DNA from: Malacoraja senta
Lineage: Eukaryota
Reading direction: 5' to 3'
DNA length: 64,000 bases
NCBI GenBank assembly: GCA_038087875.1
Contig: CM075981.1
Span: forward strand, 1,178,001-1,242,000
Shown here: positions 63,880 through 64,000 of the stretch, piece after piece
How positions within the stretch are numbered: the stretch's first letter is position 1
Layout of the letters: every line of letters begins with the position of its first letter
Notes under the pieces: generated by a model
The model's input: only the letters and a program-made list of their open reading frames with translations
Told to the model about the DNA's origin: nothing
Databases searched by the model: none
Translations under genes and position numbers: made by a program

Positions 63880-63916
63880 ATGTGGGTTCCGATTCTTGTC
63901 ATTTGTTCCTTGCCCG
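63880..63916 (+). CDS. Leader exon of receptor gene F, MWVPILVICSLP; the gene continues off the right edge
   Basis: aaacaATG, 37 nt, CCCG|gtgagt. Confidence 0.82.
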
Positions 63917-64000
63917 GTGAGTAATAAACACAGTGAGATACTTCGATATTCAATGTTCTTTTGCGCCGTTTCCGCGTCAGAGATGGTTTTAAAATGCTAG

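Overview
Vertebrate genomic DNA, very probably a cartilaginous fish (skate/ray-like, inferred from the repeat families), with three assembly gaps. By reading splice sites I reconstructed a tandem cluster of multi-exon immune-type receptor genes that the ORF track shows only in fragments. The architecture is: 34-37-nt leader exon (MWxPIL..SLP), CD300/pIgR-like IgV exon, FcR-like C2 Ig exon, Ser/Thr stalk exon, TM exon, tail exon(s). Units: A (- strand leader at 36-72, runs off the left edge); B (4016-16096, -, activating-type pseudogene); C (22959-26921, -, pseudogene with an in-frame-deleted mini V exon); D (29173-40423, -, neutral TM, one +1 frameshift in an A7 run); E (48361-62008, +, Lys/Arg-containing TM and 15-aa last tail exon, all downstream exons open but the leader starts ATA); F (+ leader at 63880, runs off the right edge). 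This looks like a paired activating/inhibitory receptor locus undergoing birth-and-death evolution. It is probably related to the MDIR family described in skate, so the family is not necessarily new. Much of the rest is mobile DNA: one full-length CR1 with TSD, many CR1 3' fragments, Rex1/Babar-like and L1 LINEs, Penelope-like fragments, tRNA-derived SINEs and a hAT-type non-autonomous element. There is also a ~7-kb local duplication.
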